This document shows, piece by piece, positions 50,351 through 62,430 of a DNA stretch of 64,000 nucleotides (positions are counted from its first letter, which is position 1; every line of letters begins with the position of its first letter). The notes under the pieces were generated by a model. It saw only the letters and a list, made by a program, of their open reading frames with translations. It was not told the DNA's origin and made no database searches. Both the position numbers and the translations under genes were made by a program. The stretch comes from Octopus vulgaris (taxonomy: Eukaryota). Location: positions 1,302,001 through 1,366,000 of the forward strand of contig OX597835.1 in assembly GCA_951406725.2 (NCBI GenBank), read 5' to 3'.

Positions 50351-50403
50351 TAAAACATATAACTAGATCACAAAAAAATGAATAAACAATATATAAGTAA
50401 AAA

Positions 50404-50483
50404 GACTACATACGTTTCATGGCTATAACTTCAATTTGAATTACAATTAAATTTAAATTTAATCGAAAAACACTCCTCAGGAC
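50404..50483 (-). ncRNA. Degenerate copy of the 31864-31969 hammerhead family
   Basis: CTGAGGA GTG...CAT GAAACGTATGTA GTC; clear homology, damaged stems I and II. Confidence 0.4.
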
Positions 50484-51238
50484 AACAACCATAACAATAA
50501 TAGTTAAATGAATAATCAAATAGATTTTTATATTATTATTATTTACTTATTATATATTGTTTATTCATTTTTTTGTAATTTTTGTGATCTAGTTATATGT
50601 TTTATAATATATTTTATTTTTTCTTTATGATTTGGTTTATGTCTATCATTGTTTGAATTACACAGAGGTTTTTCTCTAATTTATATATATTATATACTTA
50701 TATTGTGAAATTTGATTTATTGCTAAATTGAATTTTTCACTGCAAGATTGGAGTTATACTCCCTAATATTATATATATATATATATATAAATTAGTAGGA
50801 ATTGTACCAAAAAATTAAAATATTTTGTGAATTGTAGAAGTATAACCATTTTATTGCACATAAGGTTTAACAACAAAATCTTATATGGTCCCTGGTTGAA
50901 AACCACTGGTATAAAGTGTGCAGGCTACCAGTGGATAATGCTTGGATGCGGGAAGTTACGGAAGAATGAAGGATGATATCTTCTGCATAGGGATAGGCAC
51001 TGTTGGAGTTAATGAGAAGTAGGTGCATGGGGGAGAAAACAGAACCTTATAGCATTGGACAGATGTGGATCAAGGAAAAGTCTACCAGTACATGCCTTGA
51101 TGGTATGTTCTAGCAGAAAGCTATACTGTTTCAAGTGTAGAAACAGCTTTACACATGTGAAAGTATATAATGGTAAAAAAAGGAAAAAGAATTGGTGCTC
51201 CGATAAAAACATAGTGTGAAATACGAGAAGATATTTAC

Positions 51239-51337
51239 CCCAAGCCAAAGGCAGACTTTATCTGTTGGTGGGATTTTAGCCTTTGCATATAACAAGTCAG
51301 ACAGTAAAAATTGGGTTTCAAATGGCTCTTTGGAATC
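51239..51337 (-). CDS. VBP1: VBP1 exon (DSKEPFETQFLLSDLLYAKAKIPPTDKVCLWLG)
   Basis: 99 nt, phase 0/0, AG/GT bounded; conserved PPTDKVCLWLG. Confidence 0.95.
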
Positions 51338-52445
51338 CTGGAAATAACAGAAATAATGAAATAAATGAATGACGGACAAGATAGCATTTAATGCAAAATT
51401 TCAGTGAAATTAAAGTATATGTACTTAATGAAAAGAACCACACCAGCAGATCAGTTTGAGAATAGTTAATTAAGCAATTTGTTCTTCAACTATATGGCCT
51501 TAGATTCAGTACCACTGTGCAATACCTTGGGCAAGGGTATCCTACTAGAGTGAACCGAAACTTTATGAGGGAATTTGATAGGAGAAACGGAAAGAAGGCC
51601 ATCACACACACACAGAACATGTGTTCCATGCTAGCATAGGTTGGACAGCTAAACAGAATCTGGTTCGCCTCAGGATGGTGTTGGTTTCCAGGATCTGCTT
51701 TGGTGACGCTTCCTAATGTCAACCACTTTACACAATGTATTTGGTGCTCTTTTTGTGGTCATAGTACTAGTGGGGTCACTAAGTAACTCACAAGACAACA
51801 TCCCTTCACAGAATGAAATGTGTGAGCATGATGGCCTTTTTCTCAGTGTTTGCTAAATTCCCTTACAAGGCACTGGTCAGCTTAGGGCTATAGTCAAAGT
51901 CATTTGCCCAAAGTACTGGTATCCCATCCAACTCCACTTGTGAAGACCCATTGAGGCAAGTGAAAATCAGAAATCAGAACCAAAATCGAAGTCGATCAAC
52001 ATCAATGGAAATTGCAGCTGTGATACCAGTGCCGGTGGCACGTAAGCAAACCATCCGATCGTGGCCGTTGCAAGCGCCGCCCCGACTGGCCTCCGTGCCG
52101 GTGGCACGTAAAAAGCACTATCCGATCATGGCCGTTGCCAGCCTCGCCTGGCCCCCGTGCCAGTGGCACGTAAAAAGCACTATCCGTCCGTGGCCGTTTG
52201 CCAGCCCCGTCTGGCACCTGTGCAGGTGGCACGTAAAAAGCACCCACTACACTCATGGAGTGGTTGGCGTTAGGAAGGCCATCCAGCCATAGAAACATTG
52301 TCAGATCAGATAGGAGCCTGGTGCAGCCTTCTGGCTTCCCAGACCCCAGTTGAACCGTCCAACCCATGCTAGCATGGAAAGCGGACGCTAAATAATGATG
52401 ATGATGATGATGATATATACTTTATTTAAAAGCAGCAGAAATTTA

Positions 52446-52496
52446 ACAAAAGCTGTTACTCGGAGTCTCACGTTCCCGTTCGTCGGACAGTTTTGT
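52446..52496 (-). ncRNA. Variant or degenerate hammerhead motif in a VBP1 intron
   Basis: ACAAAACTGT CCGACGA ACG-GGAA-CGT GAG ACTCCGAGT A ACAGCTTTTGT: all three stems pair but the core deviates (CCGACGA, GAGA). Confidence 0.5.
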
Positions 52497-52505
52497 GTTT
52501 ACTCC

Positions 52506-52541
<36 letters not shown>

Positions 52542-53027
52542 GGACATCCTCATTGAGAAATTTGATGAGAGGGAGGAGGAACCATAGACTTGTGACGCAG
52601 AGGGTAACTGGAAATTCCTATGTGACACCTTGCTGAGCAGCACAGACCGAATCTGCAGCCAGTTCAAAGTAACTTCCAGACCTAAGGTAACACGGTGCTA
52701 GAATAATGCTGCCGACAGAGCCATTGGGCACCTTGCGCAAACGTCTTCCACTATAGCCGTAGGCTGACAAAAGCCTTGTGATTGGATGTGGTAGATGGAA
52801 ACAAAAAGAAGCTTGTCATGTGTATGTCTCCTCCCATCACCACTTGACAACTGGTGTTGGTGTGTTTATGACCCCATAACTTAGCAGTTCAGCAAAATGG
52901 ACCGGAGAGAATAAGTAAGAGGCTTAGAAAAAAGAGGAGCAAAATAAGTATTGGGGCCAATTCATTTGAATGAAAATCCTTCAATATGGTGCCTGAAACA
53001 AGTAGAGGAATTAAAGAATAAACCAAC

Positions 53028-53094
53028 CTTTATTGATTGTAAATGCTTAACAATATCGAGGCACGTCTTTATGTCTGGTATTTGAGTCTTCAAC
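53028..53094 (-). CDS. VBP1: VBP1 exon ((R)LKTQIPDIKTCLDIVKHLQSIK)
   Basis: 67 nt, phase 2/0, CAG acceptor and GTTGGT donor; matches LKxQIPxIKxxL. Confidence 0.9.
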
Positions 53095-53242
53095 CTGCAA
53101 AAATAAATAAGTGAAACCATCATCATTTTAATGTCTACTTTCCCATACTTTGTAATGATTGGATGGAGTTTATTGAACCAGATTTTCTATGGTTGGAGGC
53201 CCTTCCTGCTACCAACCTTTTTCCTCTTTCCAAGATTAGTGA

Positions 53243-53555
53243 AGGCATGTGGCTTAATGGTTAGGGTATTCAGCTAACGATAATTAAGTTGTGACTTTGA
53301 TTCCCAGCGACGCGTTGTGTCCTTGAGCAAGACACTTCATTCCATGTTGCCCCAATAAACTCAACTGGCAAAAATGAATTGTACCTGTAATTCACAAGGG
53401 GCCAGCCTTGTCGCATTCTGTGTCATGCTGAATCTTCCTAAGAACTATGTTACGGGTATGTGTCTGTGGAGTACTCAGCCACTTGCATGTTAATTTCAGG
53501 AGCAGGCTGTTCTGTTGATTGTATTAACTGGAATACACATCGTCGTAGCTGACAG
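53243..53555 (+). mobile_element. tRNA-derived SINE, third family
   Basis: TGGCTTAATGGTTAGG A box followed by GTGTCCTTGAGCAAGACAC hairpin. Confidence 0.6.
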
Positions 53556-55250
53556 AGTGCCAGAGAATATTTCCCCACAGCCAGATGTGCTTTTGAACAT
53601 AGGAAATGAATGGCACCCATTCACAACAATCACGTGATGTTAAGACAAGGAAACATGCACACACACACATATATACAACAGTGTCTTTTGGTTTCCATTG
53701 AACCAATCCACTCGCAAGGCTTTGATCAGCCTAGGACTACAGCAGAAGACACTCGCCCATGGTGTAGTGGGATTGAACTTGAAAGCATGTGGATGGGAAG
53801 CAAACCTGTTAACCACACAGCCAAGCCTGCACCTATTACACAAGATGAATCTAATAAGACCAGGCTCATTAATCTGTCTGCCAGTTTTCATTTGTCACCT
53901 TTCAAAAATGTTCTGGACATATATGAGCTGATATTTCATGAAAGTAGATGTTTGAATAACAGAAAAATATTTTGACAATGGAGCCTCAACTAGACTGCTT
54001 AGAGGTAAGAGTCATAGATACAAGATTTTCTGGGGGAGCAGCAACGACGGTCTAGATGGGGGTAAGTATTCTTCTGGCAGAGAAATGGGTGGATAAGGTG
54101 ACTGAGGTGTTCAGAGTATGTGATAGGATTATCAAGCTAAGAATAGACCTCCTTAATGAACAAAGTCTCATGAGTGGATTAGGTAGACAGAAACTAAAAG
54201 AAACCCGTTGTATATATATGTATATATGAATGTGTGAGTGTTACTGTCTCCTTGTCTTAATATCATGTGACAGTTGTAAACAAGTGCCATAAGCAGGGCC
54301 CATCATTTCCAATCTTCCATGAAAACATGCCTGTCACATGGAAATATACCTTACTTGGAAACAAGTGAGGGTTAGCAAGAGGAAGGGCATCCAGCTGCAG
54401 AGAATCTGCCTCGACAAATTCCATCCAAATCATACAAGCATTAAAACTCTGACAACCTACAGACAGGACACAGACCTTGCATCTCATCAGTTGGATGACT
54501 GTGTCCTTGCTATTCCAGCCACTTCCTTCACCCTTCTGTTACCATATTTCTGCTTAAATACACTTTTTGATGGTAAGATTTAATTTAGATCTCTTTAACC
54601 TTTTTGTTTCCATATTTCTTGTCAAAATACACTGCTTTTGTTTCAATTAATTTTGAAAATTAATAAGAAATTCTAATAAAACAACTTTGTAATTAATTAA
54701 ACTGGTGGTTGGAATTTAACATGAAATTTTGATGGAAACTAAATTACTAAGATCACTTTAAAACGGAAAGTATGAATCATAGAACCAGGGGCAATCTCAA
54801 GCAGGTTGTCATAAATAGGGTGAATTAGGTACTCTAAATCACTTCTTGAATTTTAACTATTATTTTATCACCACAAGAAAATTCATCAGTTGGTTAGTAC
54901 TAGCAGGGTAGGTTTTTCTACTAATGTCATACATGGTGAGGTGATTTTTATAATAAAAATTAGCCTTCTGCTAATCAAATGATAAACAGGTAAGATGTAA
55001 ATAATAATATAAATTATAAACCTCAGTGTTATACAGAAAAAAGGAGACCCTTTTCTGTCTCAAATTTATGCTTATGGTGTCAATAACATTTGCACAGGTA
55101 TGGCTGTGTGGTCAGAAGGTTCATTTCACAACCATGTGGTTTCAGGTTCAATCCTATTGCATGACATGTAGAACAATATCATGACCTCAAGCCTTGGGAG
55201 TGGGAGATACGGTAGACATAAGAAGACAAAAACAAAATTACACAACCTAC

Positions 55251-55378
55251 CGAGCTTTCTTTGTATTCAGGTTATAATCCATGAATTTGTATTTGCAATG
55301 TTGCTCGTCAAATCGTTTCAGAACAGATTCAGCAGCTTCATTGTTCTCAGTATTTTTCATGAAGTTTTCAACATCTTC
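55251..55378 (-). CDS. VBP1: VBP1 exon (EDVENFMKNTENNEAAESVLKRFDEQHCKYKFMDYNLNTKKA(R))
   Basis: 128 nt, phase 0/2, CAG acceptor and GTAGGT donor; EDV..FM / DEQ..KYKFM motifs; upstream first exon not identified in the window. Confidence 0.92.
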
Positions 55379-56327
55379 CTGCACAAAATTAAAACAACAG
55401 AGAGCAAAATAAATCACTAGACAACCACCTTGTTCGACAAAAGCTATGTTGTTTGACAATAACCAGCTTGTGCAATGAGAGCTACCTTGTTTACAGAATA
55501 ACAAGTGTTGCCCACCATATAATGGATAACTTGGCAAGTATACTTTTGTCACAATGGGTAATATCAAGAAATATAGCATACATTCAATAATTGTAATGTA
55601 ACTCGAATAAACTTCTCGTATATTTGCAATAAACATATTTTACCAAATTTTATCAACTTAATCACAATCTGCTCCGTCAGAAACCTATCTTTGCAAAATT
55701 TCGGTAAAAAAAAATATTTGTTTTTCAGAAAGTTATCATCGCCTGCCACAAAGTTTTGTGTGTGCAATCAGATTCATCTGACTAATATTCTTCTAGGCAA
55801 TGCTCTAGCACGGCTTGGATGGTTTGATAGGGGCTGGTCAGCTGGAGGACTGCATCATGTTTTGGCATGACATATATATTAGTTCAAAATTACAGAAAAC
55901 ATGAGGCAAAGACAGGTGTAGGAACAGCAAGCAGGTGTATTAGTTTAACGCTCAGGTAAAATGGAAAAGTCTTTTATGTTTTGAGTCTCTGCTCTTCAAA
56001 AAAAAAAGGATTCAGAGGGAAAAAAAGAGAGAGAAAAATGTGTAGGGATTAATGGTTCAACATGATGAATAGCTAGAAGAGGCTGAATAAAAGGGAGATA
56101 ATAATGGTGACCCCTATCAAATGAATTTGGTCTCGTGCGTGTGTGTATGTATGAATAAAATGTATGGGGTGAGTGTGAGATTAGGTATGTATGGGCTTGC
56201 TGAAAAATATGTGGACCTGTGTGTGTGTGTGTGTAAGTGACCCAGTGAGTACATTATGTGGAGTGATGTGTTACATGTACTGGTATGTATGTGTGTGTGC
56301 AAATGCATTGGCCTGTGTGTGTGTGAT

Positions 56328-56875
56328 CACTAGTGATGGTCATGTTATGCTTCCATTCATCTCACACAGCCAGATTCAACATGGAGGCCTACATCAAGTG
56401 CCTAGGGGACGTTGTGCTGCTCTGGGTCAAGAGGGTGGCTGCTGTCTGGCAAAAGGACTCTGCCCCTTGCCACACAAGCAGGAGAACCCAGTCATGGCTG
56501 TCAGATAATTTCTGTGACCACATCACCCCTAGCATCTGGCAACCTAACTCGCCACACTGCAACCCCCTTGATTATTATGTTTGGGGTGCAGTTAAGCGAG
56601 AGACCAACAAAACTCCTTGTAACACCAAAGATGAACTGAAGGCAAAGATTACAGTAGCATTCACCAACTGAAACAAGGAGATCATCCTGAAGAGTTGCAG
56701 GAGATTCCGGAGACGCCTGGGGGCCATGGTTGAAGCAAATGGCAATTTTATTGAATATTTACTCTTTAGTAGTTGAAGATATTTTCATGTAATTTTGGTA
56801 AATATATGTTAAAATGAGATGGCAGTGTTACTTTCATTTTAGCGTAATTTAGACAATTCATTCACCACACCATGT
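56328..56875 (+). mobile_element. Tc1/mariner-superfamily transposase fragment (DD37D-like)
   Basis: WQKDSAPCHTSRRTQSWL..WQPNSPHCNPLDYYVWG. Confidence 0.85.
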
Positions 56876-57289
56876 GTATAAATACAAACATACACACACA
56901 CAATGTATGTATATATAGGTCCCCTGACCAAGCTTAGGACAGCAGTAACCCCAGACAAGAGCCGTAATGACCAGTCCAACTCATACCAGCAGACATAAAA
57001 TGATGATGATGATAATCATCATTTTAACACCCCTTTCAATGCTTCAAACAGAATTCATTGAGGAAGATTTTTCTTTTTTTCTACAGCAGGATGTCCTTCC
57101 AGTCTCCAGCTGCTACTTGTTTCCAAGTGAGGTAATATTTTCCTCCCACAACTGGACAGGTTTCCATGGAAGATCACAAACAAACAACATTGCTTTTATG
57201 GTGGTAAAGAAGCCACATATCAAAATGAGGCACAAACACACACACATATATATTGGAATATAATCACATGCTGGGTCACTGCTTATTCA

Positions 57290-57495
57290 AATTTTGGTAC
57301 AAGGCCAGCAAGTTCAAGGGGAGGGGGTCGATTACATTGATCCCAATCCTCAATTAGTAATTAGTTTATCGACACCCAAAAAGATGAGAAACAAAGTCCA
57401 CCTCAGAGGAATTAGGACTCAGAATGTGAAGACAGACAAATTGCCGGTCAGCATGTCACCCAGCGTGCTAATGATTCTGCTAGCTTGTCACCCTA
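57290..57495 (-). mobile_element. tRNA-derived SINE, second family
   Basis: Shared with 28740-28870, 60395-60600 and 63240-63440; B-box-like TCTGAGTTCAAAT on the - strand. Confidence 0.65.
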
Positions 57496-58836
57496 AGACA
57501 CACAAATCATAAATATTTGATGATTTCACTGGAGCTGGCGCCATATAAAAAGCACTCAGTACATTCTGTTGGTGTTAGAAAGGGTAAGCAGCCATAGAAA
57601 ACATATCAAAGCAAATAGTAGAGTTTGGCAGTCTTCTGGTTACACCATCCAGCTTATGGCCAGCATGTAGAATGGACAAATGATGATGATTTTCCTTTGC
57701 ATAAAGCCATACATTTGAGAGTGATGGGTCAAGTAACTACTTTGCAAAATGAAAAGTCTATTCCAAAAGAATTTGAACTAAGAGAAAAAAAAATAATGAA
57801 AGAAACAAATAAAAGTAAATAAATGTTATCTAATTCATTAATAAATAATAAGGAATTCAAATTTTGGTACAAGGCCAGCATTTTTAGTGGGAGGGAGTTT
57901 ATTTCATTAGAGGTAAAATTCTATATCATGTAGTATCAAAGACACAGCTAAGTCTACAAGAGTATGTATATGCTATGGAAGAATGGATGGATAATGAAGA
58001 TAAAAATATTATGAAATATTCATATTTGAAATACATAATTAGTATCAAAATTAGCAATCAGTCTGAAAGAATTTTAATCAGTAACACATTTCATTGACAT
58101 TTAACATAATTCGGATGGACTAAGGCAAATATTTTTTCTTGTTAGGAATTTTATAGTTTCACAAATGAGGCTATACAAAGTTTTATGGAGGAAAAGGTTA
58201 ATATCATTTTTGCCTTCTAGAAAACAGCCTGTTAGATAAAAGCTCTTATCCATTTTTTTTTTGTTTTTTTCAAAAATGTTCACTGCAAAACAACAGTTGT
58301 TGACAGACATCCAAAACTAACTGTGAGTGGTTTGGTAACACGAGCAGCTGGTTAACAAGTTCTACCAAGAGACAAGTAAGAGGTGGGTTTAGTTAGTAAT
58401 GCGCAAATAATCTAGAAATATATTTATGCACACACATAATATATATATAATCATCATCATCGTTTAACGTCCGTTTTCCATGCTAGCATGGGTTATATAT
58501 ACACACACACTAGAAGAGATACTCAGCATTGCTTGGGATTAAAATGTCATAGTTTTTTTATTGTTTTACTAGTTTCAGTCATGTGACTGCAGCCATGCTG
58601 GAGCACCGCCTTTAGTTGGAAAAAAATCGACTACAGGATTTATTCTTTCTAAGCCTAGTACCTATTCTATTGGTGTCTTTTGCTGATGCACTAAGTGACA
58701 GACAAGTAAACACAGCAACATCGATTGTCAAGTGATGGTGGGGATACAAACACAGACACACACAAATATACAACAGCCTTCTTTCAGTTTCCGAGTACAA
58801 ATCCACTCAGAAGCCTTTGGATGGCTTGAAGCTATA

Positions 58837-58870
<34 letters not shown>

Positions 58871-59365
58871 CATCATCATCATCATCATCATCCATTTTCT
58901 ATGCTGACATGGGTTGGACGGTTTGACTGAGGTCTGGAGAGCCAGCAGCCTGGCAATGTTTCTACAGCTGAATGCCCTTCCTAACGCCAACCACCCCAAG
59001 AGTGTAGTGGGTTTTCTTTATGTGCCACCAGCATAAGAGCCAATCAGGCGGTCCTAGCATCGATCACATGTGAATAGTGCCTTTTACGTGCCACCGGCAT
59101 GGGAGCCAGCCAGGGGGTACTGGCATGAACCACGTTCAGATGGTGCTTTTTATGTACCACTGGCACGAGAGCTAGTCAGGCGGTCGTGGCATCAATCATG
59201 TTCAGACAGTGCTTTTTACATGCCACTGGCATGGGAGTACTGGCCACAGCTACAATTTTGGTTGTACTTGAATCAACAGGTCTTCTCAAGCATATCATAT
59301 ATATATATATATACATACATATATTGGTAAATATATATACATACATGTATATATATATATATATA

Positions 59366-60150
59366 TACAGGGTTTGGACAAAAAAACGCAAACACCTTAA
59401 AATTTCAAACAAAATTAATTTTAATATGGGGTAGGACCGCCTTTGGCAGTAATTACAGCTTGAATTCTACAAGCTAGAGACTCGTACAAAGTTTGAATTG
59501 TTTCCAAATGAATTTTTGTCCATTCTTCAGCTAAAACAGTTTCCAGTTCTTGTAGTGATGATGGTGGAGGATATCGACTCCTTACTTGTTTTTCTAAAAT
59601 GCACCATAAATTTTCAATAATATTGAAATCTGGGGACTGTGGTGACGAGATAAGATGTTCAACTTCACTAGAATGTTCCTCGTGTCATTCAGTAACAACT
59701 TTAGCCATGTGAATTGGTGCATTATCATCCTGAAACATCGTGTTTCCCTTCAGAAACAGTTCTGCAACCATAGGATGAATTTGACCAGATAAAATGCTTA
59801 AATATTAATTCTGCCATGAAGAGAAACCATTGGGCCAGTGGATTTCCAAGATATAGTCCCCCCAGCTCATCACAGATCCTCCTCCATGTTAAACATTGGA
59901 AGAAGGCAGTGTGGGTCAAATGCTTCTTTTGGCCGTCTCCACACATATACTTGGCTGGTGGTTGGAAATAAAGTAAAGGATGACTTGTCCAAGAAAATAA
60001 CATTCTTCCACTGCTCTAGGGACCAATTCTGTAGGTTTTTACTCCACTCTAAAGGCTTTGCAATGTTTGTTTTTGAAAGTAGTGGCTTTCTGATTGCAGG
60101 CCTCCTGTGAAATCAGGCTTTGTGCATTATCTCATAGCTTCAAGATTTCA
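59366..60150 (-). mobile_element. Tc1-like transposon fragment with one TIR
   Basis: TA-CAGGGTTTGGACAAAA TIR; - strand FQDDNAPIH..PQSPDFNIIENLW; a solo matching TIR lies at 15797-15838. Confidence 0.85.
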
Positions 60151-60859
60151 ATGATGTAATTGTTTATTTCAGACTGATATTGTAGAGTAGGTGTGAGAAG
60201 CTGGATCTGGTCATTTCAAACACAAGACAGGTAGAATATTTCAGCCAGGCAAAAGGGCTAAAGGTACAATCTGTAAAATACTAAGCCACTCACTCTATGA
60301 TGTGACAAAATAGTTCTATTAATGAACAAACAACTGGAACACTCACTGACCAAACTGGCATGTGATTTAGTTAAGTGATTTTTTTATTTAGATACAAGGC
60401 CAAAAATTTGGAGGGGAGGGGTTTAGTCAGTCGCCAGTTGGGGATTATAAAATAAAGTACTTGATTAGTACTTTATTTTATAAACCCCAGGAAGATGAAA
60501 GGTAAGGTTGGCCACCACACAATTTGAACTCAGAATGCAGAGTTGGAACAACCACAAAGCATCTTTTCGGATGCTCTACAATTCCACCAGTTTGCCACAT
60601 CTACTTAAGTACAGGTATATCTCAACTTACATAGTAATTGGTTCTGAAACATCTGACAACTTGAAAAATGATGCAACATGAAAAATCATTATAAAATATT
60701 TATTAACTTATATCTGTTTTAATAAAGGGTTTGGCCTACCTTGAAATGAATAACACAAGTTGAAGTCTATCTGGATTTCCCCCCCACTCCCATTGGATCT
60801 TTTGCTTCACTCAGTTTCCAATTCTTTTCAAATTTAGTGTATTGATGCAGCTTTGTATG

Positions 60860-61160
60860 CACAGGTGTGGCTGTGGTAAGAAGCCTGCTTCTCAACCACA
60901 TGGTTCCAGTGGATTTGGCAGACGGAAACTGAAAGAAGCCTGTCATGTGTGTGTGTGTGTATCAGCCCCCCTCCCTCCCCGCCATCACTTGACAACTGAT
61001 GCTGGTGTTTATAACCCTGTAACTTCGTGGTTCAACCAAAGAGAGCAGGACTAGGCTTACAAAGAATAAGTCCTGGAGTCGATTTCTTCAACTAAAAGCC
61101 CTTTAAGGTGGTGCCCCTGTATGGCCGCAGTCTAATGATTGAAACAAGTCAGAGAATAAA
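60860..61160 (+). mobile_element. tRNA-derived SINE, family A
   Basis: Same head and GGTGCCCC..ATGGCCGCAGTCTAATGA tail as the other copies. Confidence 0.8.
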
Positions 61161-61693
61161 TGTGGAAACGAAATTCATTTCTGCTATATATTAATAAATA
61201 AAAGTTAATCGCTTTTAAAGTTTGCAAATTTTGTATAATTTTATCCAATCAAAAGCAACAGACATATTTGGTACCTTTTCCCATAACAACAGGTCAAGGT
61301 AGCCTGCTTCAGAATTCCAATCAGCTGGATTGTCTTTATCTCTTTTCTGAATGGTTGCACCTCGTTTTTGTCATTTATCACCATTAAAAAATTTTTTTTT
61401 TATTTTGAGAAACAGATGCTTGAGTTTTCCCTGAACCATTTCAACCTAAATAGAAGTCTGGCCATGGCCAACTTGTTTAACCTTTTCAATGTGATGGAGA
61501 TATTGTAAAGCGAGGATGATGCAGTGTCTCACTTGCAAGGGAAGGGTGTTATCCCTCAGAGAAAATCATGCACAAAAAGACAGAAGAGATTGCTTCATGG
61601 GAACATTAAATCTGGCAGTGCTCCTGCAAAGGAGGCAACATGTGTGTGTGTGTGTGTCAGAAAAGATACAAGGTTGGAAGGTGGCACCCTTCG

Positions 61694-61815
61694 TTTTAGG
61701 ACTGTACTGCTTTCCCTTTTTAGGACTGTACTGCTTTCCCTTTTTAGGACTGTACTGCTTTCCCTTTTTAGGACTGTACTGCTTTCCCTTTTTAGGACTG
61801 TACTGCTTTCCCTTT
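61694..61815. repeat. 24-bp tandem repeat, 5 copies (TTTTTAGGACTGTACTGCTTTCCC)
   Basis: Essentially perfect copies; source of the LGLYCFPF repeat ORF. Confidence 0.95.
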
Positions 61816-61849
61816 ACTTATAGGCCAAGGAATTAACTTGTTCTGTGTT

Positions 61850-62430
61850 GCGCTGAAGAACCGGGGATGAGCCACTGCACAGCTGTTGATTACCATAGCT
61901 AGGTTTGTGAAATATGTATAATGGAGCAGCTCTGCAACCCAATTACGGATTGGTAGTCCTGGGAAGGTTGTTGAGATAAATGAAAAAGTCTTTGCAACAT
62001 GTAAATACAACCAACGAAAGGTGCTACCTGAACAGTGAGATTTTGGAGGAGTGTGTCGTGAGACCAGACATAGTTTTCTTCATATGGTGCCATGTTGGGA
62101 CTGTGACACACTTGAGGAATGCATACATCAATTGGTTCTCACAGGAACCACTATTTTCAGTGACTTGTGGTGGGCCTACTCTCACATTCCTGAAATTGAT
62201 GGTTATAAGTTTTGACACAGAACAATGAACCACAGAGCTGGGTTTGTTAACTTGAAAGGTGGTACCCATATGCAACAAGTGGAAAGCACATTGATGGATC
62301 TGTGTAAAATGAGGGAAATGTAAATGAGGAAATGACACTGTACACCCCACCATTCCATGGTTAACTTGTATCTCTATGAGATTATGTGGTGCGAGAGATA
62401 CGAAAATTCTAATTTGTTTGACAAACTCCT
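61850..62430 (+). mobile_element. Decayed Merlin (IS1595-related) transposase
   Basis: IGSPGKVVEINEKVF..KYNQRKVLPEQ..FGGVCRET..GTTIFSDLWWAY resembles IGGPG.VVEIDES..KYNRG..WVFGG..GT.I.SD.W.AY. Confidence 0.8.

Noticed and set aside
52025-52250. CRISPR-like repeat-spacer appearance of the GTGCCGGTGGCACGTAAAAAGCAC units
   Set aside because: The 'spacers' are homologous to each other, the array is part of a dispersed LINE 3' UTR, the DNA is eukaryotic and there are no cas genes
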